The notes under the pieces were generated by a model. That model had not been told where the DNA came from. It searched no databases and saw only the letters and a program-made list of their open reading frames with translations. Position numbers and translations under genes: made by a program. From positions 1 to 27,254 of the forward strand of contig JBDRNJ010000086.1 of the NCBI GenBank assembly GCA_043811375.1: a DNA stretch of 27,254 nucleotides, written 5' to 3'. This stretch comes from a bacterium (GTDB taxonomy: Bacteria; Zixibacteria; MSB-5A5; GN15; FEB-12). Position 1 is the stretch's first letter. Every line of letters starts with the position of its first letter. Shown one piece after another: positions 17,526 through 25,862 of this stretch.

Positions 17526-17613
17526 TGGCGGAGGAGGTAGGATTCGAACCCACGGTACCTTGCGGTACAACGGTTTTCAAGACCGCCGCTTTCGACCACT
17601 CAGCCACTCCTCC
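17526..17613 (-). tRNA. tRNA-Ser (anticodon UGA)
   Basis: Acceptor stem GGAGGAG/CTCCTCC with GCCA end; anticodon arm GCGGT-CTTGAAA-ACCGT; long variable arm GTACCGCAAGGTAC; GTTCGAATC T-loop. Confidence 0.97.
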
Positions 17614-17644
17614 GTTGCGTGTCATAAAGACCGGTCTTACTGAT

Positions 17645-17672
17645 AATCTACCGCCACACCAACCTCAGTCAA
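17645..17672 (-). promoter_or_regulatory. sigma70 promoter of tRNA-Ser
   Basis: TTGACT-16 bp-TAGATT about 30 bp upstream of the tRNA 5' end. Confidence 0.6.
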
Positions 17673-17700
17673 GCAATTTGCGCCCCGCCGTCCAACCATC

Positions 17701-17728
17701 AAAAAGGGCGCCCCACCGGAGCGCCCTT
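17701..17728 (-). terminator. Rho-independent terminator after the lipoprotein gene
   Basis: Minus strand AAGGGCGCTCCGGTGGGGCGCCCTTTTT. Confidence 0.75.
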
Positions 17729-17756
17729 AAATCAAGCTGATAAGGTCAGGCGACAG

Positions 17757-18680
17757 CTACTTCCAGGGGAACGGGGAAGAGCCGCTGATGCCGCCGGTGC
17801 AGGGCTCGGTAGTGGTCCAGGTGGTAGTGCCGTCGGTGTATGTAATTGTCACGGTGTTGTCGCCATTGACGGTAGCCGTGATGGACCAGGTACCGCTGAT
17901 ACTCAGTGTCGTCTGTGACCCTGATGTGCAGTTGATATCCATCGACACTGTCGCCACCACGTACCCGGCCAGCGGGCAATCACCCTCCTGACTGTTGGCC
18001 GCGATCTGAAGATTGGTGATCGTCTGGTCGACAGTGAGTTCCAACTCACAGGTATCGCCGGCATCACCATCGTAGCCCGAAAGGCTGTCATGGGCGGAGC
18101 CGTCGATTGTCAGGATAGTATCGTCGCCCACGGTGCTGATATCAAACTCCACGGCGTGGTGCAGGTCGGCGTGAGCGGTACCCGCGCGATCATCAAGGTC
18201 GACGTGAGTACGGGCATGGAGTTCGTCGATTCTGGTCAATTCATTCGGGTACTGAACCGGCAGGCCGTCTTCGACGACCTTCACCGAGTCAATACCGGAA
18301 ATATCGACAGTGTCATTGGTGGTCACATTCACCACGGTGCCTTCAAAGGTGAAGATGTGCCAGCCGTTGCTGTAGTTGTAGGCTGCGACGGCAGTGATCG
18401 TTACTTCATCGCCATTATCCAGAGCCTTGATCGCCCCGGACCGCTTTGGCGCCGAACCGCCCGGAATCGAGTCCAGCAGTGCAAGGGACATTGAATACGA
18501 CTCAAATACTGTCCCTAAAATGTCGTCATCCCCATACATACCGGTGATGAAAGTGGAGTCCGAGGAATCCTGGTTCTCCGGCACCACCGTACTTTCAGTA
18601 CTGTTGTCACTACAACCGGCAAACCAGGCCAGGGCAACGACGATTACAACCGGCGAGACCATCAAAAACAGACGTTTCAT
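17757..18680 (-). CDS. Acidic Thr/Asp-rich lipoprotein of unknown function (307 aa)
   Basis: Probable start ATG at 18680 behind AAGGAAGGA. MKRLFLMVSPVVIVVALAWFAGC has a lipobox. The track's upstream extension overlaps the neighbouring gene. Confidence 0.8.
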   Translation of the reverse strand: MKRLFLMVSPVVIVVALAWFAGCSDNSTESTVVPENQDSSDSTFITGMYGDDDILGTVFESYSMSLALLDSIPGGSAPKRSGAIKALDNGDEVTITAVAAYNYSNGWHIFTFEGTVVNVTTNDTVDISGIDSVKVVEDGLPVQYPNELTRIDELHARTHVDLDDRAGTAHADLHHAVEFDISTVGDDTILTIDGSAHDSLSGYDGDAGDTCELELTVDQTITNLQIAANSQEGDCPLAGYVVATVSMDINCTSGSQTTLSISGTWSITATVNGDNTVTITYTDGTTTWTTTEPCTGGISGSSPFPWK

Positions 18681-18801
18681 GATAGATTCCTTCCTTGATG
18701 AAGTTGTAAATACTCTATGGAGACGAAATCGGAAGAAACGCCGGCAACATTTAGTCGGCTGGATGAGTTTTTGTATAGTATTGCAGTGCCGGCAGTTACG
18801 G

Positions 18802-20013
18802 CTATTCAGGCAATGCCTGCGGGCCGCCGTACAGCCCCAGATGGGAAATCGTACCATCAGGATTGAAAGTAGCGCTGTCACCGGCATGACGGGCCGGGGA
18901 GTCCGGTTGCAGTCGAAAATCGCCATCACCCATAAACAGCGGATCCTCACTGAGGTTACCGTTGACTCCTGTCTGATCCCAGATACCCTCGTATTCAGCA
19001 GTCTGGTTACCCCAGACAATATTGTGTGCAAACTCCCACTTGGCCCAGTCAGCGTAGTTCCATACGCCGACACAGGGACAGACCCATTGATTCCGCCAGC
19101 CGTTTTCGGTGATGATATTGTTGATGATCCGGCCGCGGCTTTCGGTCGACCAGGGTGCGACACCACAGTTGCCGTTGTGATGAACAACATTGTTGGCGAT
19201 ATCCATGTAGGCCTTCCCGGTGGCGATAATTCCCCAGCCAAGATTCTCATGAACCAGGTTGTTGCGGGCAATAACCCAGGCGGTGCCGAAGGCGCCGATC
19301 CCTTTCCAGTAACCGGCGATCTCATTACCAACAGCAACACAGGACGCATCCCAGGTGACCCCGATACCGGCGCCGCGACCATCTTTTATAACACAGTCGG
19401 TAATGGTCGCCATAGCTCCCCGATACAGAGCAACTCCGTCCCAGCCGTTGTTGATAATGGAACAGTTCCTGATCACAATTTCAGAACCCTCCCGACCGAA
19501 GACACCGCCGATACCAACCACCACACTGTCGGAACGGTGATCGTTGTCGCGGATATCGACGTTTTCGATATGGACGTGCGACCGACGTACCACCACACCC
19601 GCGTCGGTGGCGTTGCCGTCATTATCGCGTTTGCCGCCGGTGATAGTCAGGTTCATCAATCGGGAATCAGGAGAGTCTTCATAATAAAGCCCATACCCGG
19701 CGTTGGTCACCAGCCGCGAGGTGGCACGGTTGCTGCCGATAATCACCAGTGACTTGCTCCTGACTGCGAATCCGTATGAGGCGTTCACTTCGGTTAGAGG
19801 ATCCTGACAATTACCGCACATCGGCTCAATGAACCGCTTTGGCCGGGCCGGATAGTTACACCCCGCCAGCAGCAGTGTGTCACCATCCCGGGCGTGATCA
19901 ATGACCGTCTGAAGATCGGTTCCGCATTCAACGGTAAAAGTAGCGCCTAACGAATTCTCGCCAAGGCCAGGAATGAGCAGGAAGATTACTAATACAACCA
20001 ACGCCTGTTTCAT
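18802..20013 (-). CDS. Secreted right-handed parallel beta-helix repeat protein
   Basis: Signal peptide; LQTVIDHARDGDTLLL; repeated Asn-ladder units (IRNCSIINNG, IARNNLVHENLGWGI, IINNIITENG); C-terminal DPLF..GDFRLQPDSP...LGLYGG. Confidence 0.85.
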   Translation of the reverse strand: MKQALVVLVIFLLIPGLGENSLGATFTVECGTDLQTVIDHARDGDTLLLAGCNYPARPKRFIEPMCGNCQDPLTEVNASYGFAVRSKSLVIIGSNRATSRLVTNAGYGLYYEDSPDSRLMNLTITGGKRDNDGNATDAGVVVRRSHVHIENVDIRDNDHRSDSVVVGIGGVFGREGSEIVIRNCSIINNGWDGVALYRGAMATITDCVIKDGRGAGIGVTWDASCVAVGNEIAGYWKGIGAFGTAWVIARNNLVHENLGWGIIATGKAYMDIANNVVHHNGNCGVAPWSTESRGRIINNIITENGWRNQWVCPCVGVWNYADWAKWEFAHNIVWGNQTAEYEGIWDQTGVNGNLSEDPLFMGDGDFRLQPDSPARHAGDSATFNPDGTISHLGLYGGPQALPE

Positions 20014-20019
20014 GACATT

Positions 20020-20049
20020 AGTGTAAGACTACCGGTGACCGACTGGCAA
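20020..20049 (-). promoter_or_regulatory. Putative sigma70 promoter giving a leaderless mRNA
   Basis: TTGCCA-18 bp-TACACT, then 6 bp to the ATG at 20013; no Shine-Dalgarno sequence. Confidence 0.45.
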
Positions 20050-20087
20050 CAGAAAAAAACAGCCCTGGCAACAGCCGGTGCCACAAT

Positions 20088-20113
20088 AAAAAAAAGGCGC
20101 CCTCGCGGACGCC
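20088..20113 (-). terminator. Rho-independent terminator after the S41 protease gene
   Basis: Minus strand GGCGTCC-GCGA-GGGCGCC followed by T8 (GNRA loop). Confidence 0.8.
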
Positions 20114-20141
20114 CTCAATCGGGGGGATGCTTATATCCGGT

Positions 20142-21947
20142 TTAGTTCAGTTCAGCTTTTTTCTGCCCCTTGGTGATCAGTCGGGCATAATCATCTTCCG
20201 ACGTAAGGATCTCCACCGCTTTCTTTACAGCCGGGTCGGTCTTGAGAACCACTTCTTCGTAGACACCCTGCTGTCCCGCAATGCCCGCCACTATTTCGCG
20301 CTTGATAGCCCTCTTGATATAGTCCACAGAGCGGTCAAAGTCTCTATGCTTCTCCTGCTCAATCAGCAACTGCAAGCTGTCGGTTATGGCGACAAACAGG
20401 TCTTCCTTGTCCTCGGTGACTATCGTTTCATTAAGCTTCTGAAGAGCTGATTCCAGGGTCGAGGTATACTCGAATTCCTTTTCCTTGATGAATTCCCGGA
20501 ATTGTTCGATAATCTCCTCGGTAACCTCAAAATCGGGTTTGACGTCAGGGTTCCCGGCTATGTACTCCACGGCAAAGTCGAAGAACATCGACTGGCGATA
20601 AAGATTCATCTCGATAGGTTGCCAGGTCTCCCGTTCGATTTCGAGGTCAGGAACAATTCCGCCGCCGCCGTATACAACCCGGCCACCGTTAGTGGTAAAG
20701 ATATCTTCTTCATCAATAATCGTCATGGTATCGGCGGACTCTTCTTCGTCGGCATCACTCGAAGCCAGTTGTTCATTCTTGTTCTGCTTTTCCGGTTTCT
20801 GGATACAGCGACCGGACGGAACATAGTACTTGGCTGTGGTCAGCTTCAGAGCTATGCTGCCGTCGCTGGAAAGCTGGAAGATCTGCTGCACCAGGCCCTT
20901 GCCGTAAGTGGTGGCGCCCAGGATGAGACCACGATCCCAGTCCTGGATAGCACCGGCTACGATTTCCGATGCCGACGCCGTGCCTTCATCAACCAGCACG
21001 ATCAGCGGTTTGTCCGGATAGAGCGGCGGTCGTTCGGACTGGTAATGTCGCTCACTGTTGTCCCAGCGGCCCCGGGTGTAGACAATCTCACGTCCTTCCT
21101 TCAAAAATAATTCCGCCGTCTCTATGGCCTGGTCCAGCAGCCCGCCGCCATTGGAGCGCAGGTCAAAGATCATAGCTGAAACATTCTTTTCATTGAGATC
21201 GCTGACCGCCTCCCGCAATTCGTGGCTGGTTTCCTCGGCAAATCGGGACAGGCGCACGTAGCCGATATTAGTCTCTGGTATTACTCCTGTGTAGTTAACC
21301 GATTTCAGTTCAATCACTGCTCGTTCGATCTCAAATTCAATCGGGTCCATGATGCCGGAGCGTTTGATTTTCAACTTGATGGAAGTACCGGCCTTCCCAC
21401 GCATCAGCTTGGAGGCCTCTGAGGCGGTCATTCCTTCGGTGGACTGCCCCTCAATTTCCCAGACTATATCGCCCGCTCTGAGACCCTTGCGATAGGCCGG
21501 GGTCCCCTCAATAGGCGCGATTATACGGATGCGGTCGTCCCGAGCATCGATTTGCATCCCCAAGCCTTCGTACTTGCCGTGCGTCGATTCCATCAGGGCG
21601 TCATACGACGACTTTTCCATAAGCACCGAGAACCGGTCGAGGTCGCTCAGCATCCCTTTAATGCCGGCTTTGATTATCTTCTCGGTGTCGACTTCTTCCA
21701 TATACTGGTTTCTGATGTTAAACGCCGTCTGGGTCAGTTTCTTGACGTCGCGCAGGAATGAATCCCGTTTCTGCGTGAGATCCTCCTGTTGAGAAGTTCC
21801 GGCTTCCAGGTTGATATGGACCGTGTCGGCCCACAATACAGGCTCTTCCGGACCGGGATTCTGAACCGCCTCACCGGATCCGACAAACCAGATTGTGGCC
21901 AGTGCAAAAACCGTAACGCCAAATAACTGAACAGAGTATCGAATCAT
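20142..21947 (-). CDS. ctpA: Carboxy-terminal processing protease, S41A family (PDZ + catalytic domain)
   Basis: ATG at 21947 behind GGAGG. PDZ YEGLGMQI...GLRAGD; DLRSNGGG; TASASEI (catalytic Ser); TYGKGLVQ (catalytic Lys); LTTAKYY. Confidence 0.93.
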   Translation of the reverse strand: MIRYSVQLFGVTVFALATIWFVGSGEAVQNPGPEEPVLWADTVHINLEAGTSQQEDLTQKRDSFLRDVKKLTQTAFNIRNQYMEEVDTEKIIKAGIKGMLSDLDRFSVLMEKSSYDALMESTHGKYEGLGMQIDARDDRIRIIAPIEGTPAYRKGLRAGDIVWEIEGQSTEGMTASEASKLMRGKAGTSIKLKIKRSGIMDPIEFEIERAVIELKSVNYTGVIPETNIGYVRLSRFAEETSHELREAVSDLNEKNVSAMIFDLRSNGGGLLDQAIETAELFLKEGREIVYTRGRWDNSERHYQSERPPLYPDKPLIVLVDEGTASASEIVAGAIQDWDRGLILGATTYGKGLVQQIFQLSSDGSIALKLTTAKYYVPSGRCIQKPEKQNKNEQLASSDADEEESADTMTIIDEEDIFTTNGGRVVYGGGGIVPDLEIERETWQPIEMNLYRQSMFFDFAVEYIAGNPDVKPDFEVTEEIIEQFREFIKEKEFEYTSTLESALQKLNETIVTEDKEDLFVAITDSLQLLIEQEKHRDFDRSVDYIKRAIKREIVAGIAGQQGVYEEVVLKTDPAVKKAVEILTSEDDYARLITKGQKKAELN

Positions 21948-21987
21948 CAAAACCTCCAAATTGCCGAGTGCAGGAACAACTGAGTAC

Positions 21988-22015
21988 AATGTAACTGCCG
22001 TCTTGTTATTGTCAA
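21988..22015 (-). promoter_or_regulatory. sigma70 promoter of ctpA
   Basis: TTGACA-16 bp-TACATT about 40 bp upstream of the start. Confidence 0.6.
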
Positions 22016-22297
22016 GTTCGGCATGGTAGACAACCTGTGATGTATCTGTCTGCCAATTATACGCTTATAGTCGCCTATCAGTTGCCGCCATAATCACCCG
22101 GGAGCAAAAATAACCAATAACTCCTTGCGCGCTTAACAGTTAGTCAATAATAAGTTCTGTCGATTGTAACAATCCTGACCCCGACAACGTTACTAATGTT
22201 GAAACCGGATGTTAACCTGTTTGATTACATCGGGTTTGTCTGGTATTATCACAACCGGAACAGAGAAAACAGTATTCTTTTTGAACAGGAACCGACG

Positions 22298-23083
22298 GTG
22301 TCCCGCACAGAAGGCCGGTCAATCTCATTCAGCTTTTTCCTGCACCTGCTGCTGCCGGGACTGGGGCACGTTTTCTGGCGAGAATATCTGTTTGGCGTTT
22401 TCGTCTTCCTGGTGACGTTACTGGCGGTCGTTCTGTTTTTTGTCTCGTTTTTCGTCAAGCTTCCTCTGGCCGCCCAGCTACTCTTGTACGGCTTACCCGC
22501 GATGTTCTATATATTCACCTTCTTCGATTTGGCGCGGACCATCAGAATCCAGCGGGGACGGGTAATCTCCGGTCGGAGAACCGTCCTGATAATGCTGGCA
22601 GTTGCCATAGGTTATCAACTCCTGTCGCCGATTGCATTGACCAACTTCTGCCTGCGCAATTACCCCGAGGTATTTATACAGGATGACAACCGCTTAAGTC
22701 CCCTTTTCTCCGAGGGTGATCTGCTGAAAGCCAGCCGCCTGTCATACAAGGTTGACCTCTTCCTGCTGGGCAAACCGGTGCTGCATGCCCTGCCGTCACG
22801 CTACGACCCGGTGCGGTTTGTCGACAGCGACGGTCGCTCGATCAACGGCCTGGTGCTGGGACTTCCCGGCGAAGAGATCGAAGCCGCAGATGGTGTCATC
22901 GTGATCAACGGCATGCCCGATATCGCCGAACCTTCCGGAGGTATCATCCTGACGGGAGACTGCTCGTTGACACACGTCGACACATACTCTATCTTGGTCG
23001 CCAGACTCAGCCTGGGCAGAATCGACAGGGTCTACGAAGTCTCCCTGGCGGATCTGACGGGCAAGATAGGCAGACTCTTTTGA
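22298..23083 (+). CDS. Membrane protein with degenerate S26 signal peptidase I-like domain
   Basis: Probable GTG start at 22298 behind AGGA. About 4 TM segments (LLLPGLGHVF). LepB-like boxes LSPLFSEGD, PSRYDPVRF, VLGLPGEEI...VING and LTGKI, but without the catalytic Ser and Lys. Confidence 0.72.
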   Translation: MSRTEGRSISFSFFLHLLLPGLGHVFWREYLFGVFVFLVTLLAVVLFFVSFFVKLPLAAQLLLYGLPAMFYIFTFFDLARTIRIQRGRVISGRRTVLIMLAVAIGYQLLSPIALTNFCLRNYPEVFIQDDNRLSPLFSEGDLLKASRLSYKVDLFLLGKPVLHALPSRYDPVRFVDSDGRSINGLVLGLPGEEIEAADGVIVINGMPDIAEPSGGIILTGDCSLTHVDTYSILVARLSLGRIDRVYEVSLADLTGKIGRLF

Positions 23084-23754
23084 CCGGCATCAAATACCTG
23101 ATTTTTGACCTTGACGGCACCCTGATCGATTCTTCACGCGGCGTGGTCGAGGCCGTCAACTACTCTCTCAGAAAGATGGGACAACCCCCGCAAACCGCAG
23201 AAGCAATCCGGCCGTTTATAGGCTACTCGCTGGATGAGATGTATCCCCATTTCACTGATGTGCCGTACTCTGAACTGCTGGCTCACTTCCGGGTAAAGGC
23301 CGCCGAAACGATAGTTGCCTCAACTGAAATGCTGCCCGGGGTGGGGAAAACGCTGGCGACTCTGCACGCTATCGGTTACACTATGGCCATAGCCACCACC
23401 AAGATACGCCCCAATGTTGAAGGTATACTTGATAAACTGAACTGGCGGCATCTTTTCGCGGCTTATGTCACCGGTGATGAAGTCCGGAACGTTAAGCCCG
23501 ACCCGGAGGCGCTGCGCCTCGCGTTGAAACGTCTGGGTGCTCAACCTGACGGGGCTATCATGATCGGCGATACCATCAACGATGTACTGGCCGCCAAAGC
23601 AGTTCCGATACCCGTAGTAGCGATAGCTTCGCCCTTTGTTGATGAGCGTCAGAAAGTGATTGCCTGCAAGCCTGATTTTTACATAGAATCTATTACTGAA
23701 CTACCGGGTTTGCTGGATGAATACAACCATCGCCATGAGGGTAATAAAACATGA
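23080..23754 (+). CDS. HAD-superfamily hydrolase (phosphoglycolate phosphatase/PpaX-like)
   Basis: FDLDGTLIDS, IATTK, KPDP, IGDTINDV. The TTG start overlaps the upstream TGA. Confidence 0.9.
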   Translation: MTGIKYLIFDLDGTLIDSSRGVVEAVNYSLRKMGQPPQTAEAIRPFIGYSLDEMYPHFTDVPYSELLAHFRVKAAETIVASTEMLPGVGKTLATLHAIGYTMAIATTKIRPNVEGILDKLNWRHLFAAYVTGDEVRNVKPDPEALRLALKRLGAQPDGAIMIGDTINDVLAAKAVPIPVVAIASPFVDERQKVIACKPDFYIESITELPGLLDEYNHRHEGNKT

Positions 23755-24251
23755 AGAAGCTTTTCGTTCACTCGTTTAAGACATCGGCTGGCACTGTCCG
23801 CACCGCCGCTACAGATAAAGGTCTGGCTGTCATTGCGCTGCCGTGTGAATCTCGTCGAGCCTACGAGGACCGCATCAAGAAGCTGTTCCCTGACCACGAA
23901 GTCACCAGCGGTGGCACTATCAATAAGCAGGCCGAAAGACAGATTTCCGCTTTTCTCAACGGCCGCCTGAAAAAGTTCACCGTCAAGCTCGACCCGAACG
24001 GCACAGTGTTCCAGAAAAAAGTCTGGCGTCGGGTGGCGAAGATTGATTATGGTCGAACGATGACCTATGGCGAAATTGCTCGCGCCATCGACAATGCCGG
24101 TGCCTCTCGTGCTGTCGGTGCCGCCAACGGCGCCAACCCTCTGCCGCTGATTGTTCCCTGCCACCGGGTGGTCGCCTCAACCGGTCTGGGCGGTTACGGC
24201 GGCGGCCTCAAGCTAAAAAAGCGATTGCTCCGTATGGAAGGGTCGTTGTAG
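23751..24251 (+). CDS. ogt: Methylated-DNA--protein-cysteine S-methyltransferase
   Basis: GTVFQKKVW, TYGEIA, RAVGAANGANP, PCHRV active site. ATGA overlap with the HAD gene. Confidence 0.93.
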   Translation: MKKLFVHSFKTSAGTVRTAATDKGLAVIALPCESRRAYEDRIKKLFPDHEVTSGGTINKQAERQISAFLNGRLKKFTVKLDPNGTVFQKKVWRRVAKIDYGRTMTYGEIARAIDNAGASRAVGAANGANPLPLIVPCHRVVASTGLGGYGGGLKLKKRLLRMEGSL

Positions 24252-24294
24252 GCGGCAAACGGCTGGTCGTCATGAAAAACATGGTACGGTACCC

Positions 24295-24744
24295 ATGATG
24301 AGATTCTTGTCGGTAATCTTGGTTGGTCTGATACTTACGTCCTGCCTGGGAGTGTGTGAATTGGAGTTGCCATCTGATCCCGTCAATATGGACAATGTGG
24401 TTGGGTTGTATGTACCAACTCATGCAGGGACGGAGACGTTGCAGGTTAGATCGGACTATGTTTGGGAGAGGCTATACCAGTACTCTGATGGGCGAGTCGA
24501 GGTTGACAGTGGTGAATGGACGCTGGACACAACCGACCCGGGCTACTACGTGATAGTGTTGGATGATTGGTGTCGGCGGCATCCGGCTTGGGTGAGATCA
24601 CCACATCTTCTGCCGGAGGAACTACGCCCTGATGGATCACCAATGAAGCGATGGTCGTGTGGATTGAGAATCAGGAACGACAACGGGAAAATGCTGATAG
24701 AAGTTGAATCGGCTCACGGGATGTACTACCAGAAGGTTCCTTAG
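24295..24744 (+). CDS. Hypothetical lipoprotein
   Basis: MMRFLSVILVGLILTSC has a lipobox. Fills the gap between ogt and the convergent MBL gene. Confidence 0.62.
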   Translation: MMRFLSVILVGLILTSCLGVCELELPSDPVNMDNVVGLYVPTHAGTETLQVRSDYVWERLYQYSDGRVEVDSGEWTLDTTDPGYYVIVLDDWCRRHPAWVRSPHLLPEELRPDGSPMKRWSCGLRIRNDNGKMLIEVESAHGMYYQKVP

Positions 24745-24792
24745 TGTCCGCGTTCCGGTCCATGGCGGATCATGTCTCTGGTGCCGAACCTC

Positions 24793-25563
24793 TCAAAGCT
24801 CCAGCACCATCCCATCCTCTGCCATCGCCAGGTTGTCCAGACCGGCCTTTTTGGCGCGCAATTCAAGCTGCGCTACTGCTTCCGGCGTGTCGAGATGGAT
24901 CAGCACGTATTGACCGACATTGACCGTGGGCGCGAACTCAAAGAACTCGTCGATATCAATATGCGTCGGTTCCAACAACACGTAGTCTTTGCCGTCCAAG
25001 TGAGAGCGGACGTCGTCGAACGTCAGTAGATCAGCCGAGTAAAACAGCGACTTGCCACCAACCTCAATCAGGAAGGAGTGGCACTGCATCCTGTTGGGCA
25101 GCTTAAGGCACTCGATAATCTCGGCGTTACCGGAAAGATGCCTGTTACCGATAGCCGTCAGCCGGAAACCATCGCTGAACACAAACCCGTTTTCATAACC
25201 GATGATATTGACCTTAACGTTAAGCTTCTCATCGATCAGGTAACAGGCGTTCAGGTACAATGTTAGCGGTGCGGTAAATTCCGCCGGCACGTAAACATCG
25301 AGACTCTCCGGCTGCCCGGTCAGGTGAATCATTTGTATCAGCAGCGGCAGTTCACAAACGTGATCGGAGTGCGTGTGGCTGATAAACACCCGCTCAATAT
25401 CCTGTGGCTTGAACCCATGTCGCAGAAAAGATGAGCAAACCCCGCCGCCACAGTCGATGATACTGATACCGCCGTCGACAGTGAGCGCATATCCCGATGA
25501 GGCCCGGTGAGCCTGTGGCATCCCCGCCGACGAACCCAGAATAGTGAAGGTACTGGTTGGCAT
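24793..25563 (-). CDS. Metallo-beta-lactamase fold hydrolase, RNase Z/BN-like
   Basis: ILGSSAGMP, IDCGGG, ISHTHSDH, YSAD, LEPTH, LIH; GGAG RBS. Confidence 0.85.
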   Translation of the reverse strand: MPTSTFTILGSSAGMPQAHRASSGYALTVDGGISIIDCGGGVCSSFLRHGFKPQDIERVFISHTHSDHVCELPLLIQMIHLTGQPESLDVYVPAEFTAPLTLYLNACYLIDEKLNVKVNIIGYENGFVFSDGFRLTAIGNRHLSGNAEIIECLKLPNRMQCHSFLIEVGGKSLFYSADLLTFDDVRSHLDGKDYVLLEPTHIDIDEFFEFAPTVNVGQYVLIHLDTPEAVAQLELRAKKAGLDNLAMAEDGMVLEL

Positions 25564-25603
25564 ATTGTCTCCAAGGTGATGTTACTGACGATGTTTCACC
25601 GGG

Positions 25604-25632
25604 AAGTTAGCAGACAACTTTGCCCGGAGCAA
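25604..25632 (-). promoter_or_regulatory. Putative sigma70 promoter of the MBL gene
   Basis: TTGCTC-17 bp-TAACTT with an extended -10 TG. Confidence 0.4.
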
Positions 25633-25640
25633 GCCCTTAG

Positions 25641-25854
25641 ATAATACGCCGGGCACCCCGCTCCCCGGGGTGGATTCGCGTCAAATGAGGGGACATTGAG
25701 AATCCACAACTAACGTCGGGGCACCCGGCTATTATAAGCGGGCGATCATTCGCTACAGACAACACCGGCAGGACTGATCCTGTCAGTGTGGGTAGCGGGG
25801 AGCGTAACGACGTAGTCACTTATTCTGCCACGCCGTTGCGCTGACGCTCCCCGC
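25641..25854 (-). repeat. Cluster of three long imperfect hairpins (REP/MITE-like or structured RNA)
   Basis: Hairpins at 25641-25735, 25762-25789 and 25795-25854. Most stem mismatches are G.U pairs on the minus strand. Confidence 0.65.
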
Positions 25855-25862
25855 ACCGTAAT

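Noticed and set aside
9000..17526. Pilus cluster as a tRNA-Ser-integrated genomic island
   Set aside because: It lies 3' of the tRNA, but I found no integrase and no duplicated tRNA 3' end in the window.
17434..17625. 63-aa minus-strand ORF
   Set aside because: It is a translation through the tRNA-Ser gene.
18681..19382. N-terminal 234 aa of the 541-aa track ORF
   Set aside because: Overlaps the beta-helix gene in another frame; the RBS and lipoprotein signal point to a start at 18680.
18394..19752. 452-aa plus-strand ORF
   Set aside because: Antisense to two well-supported genes and has no motifs.
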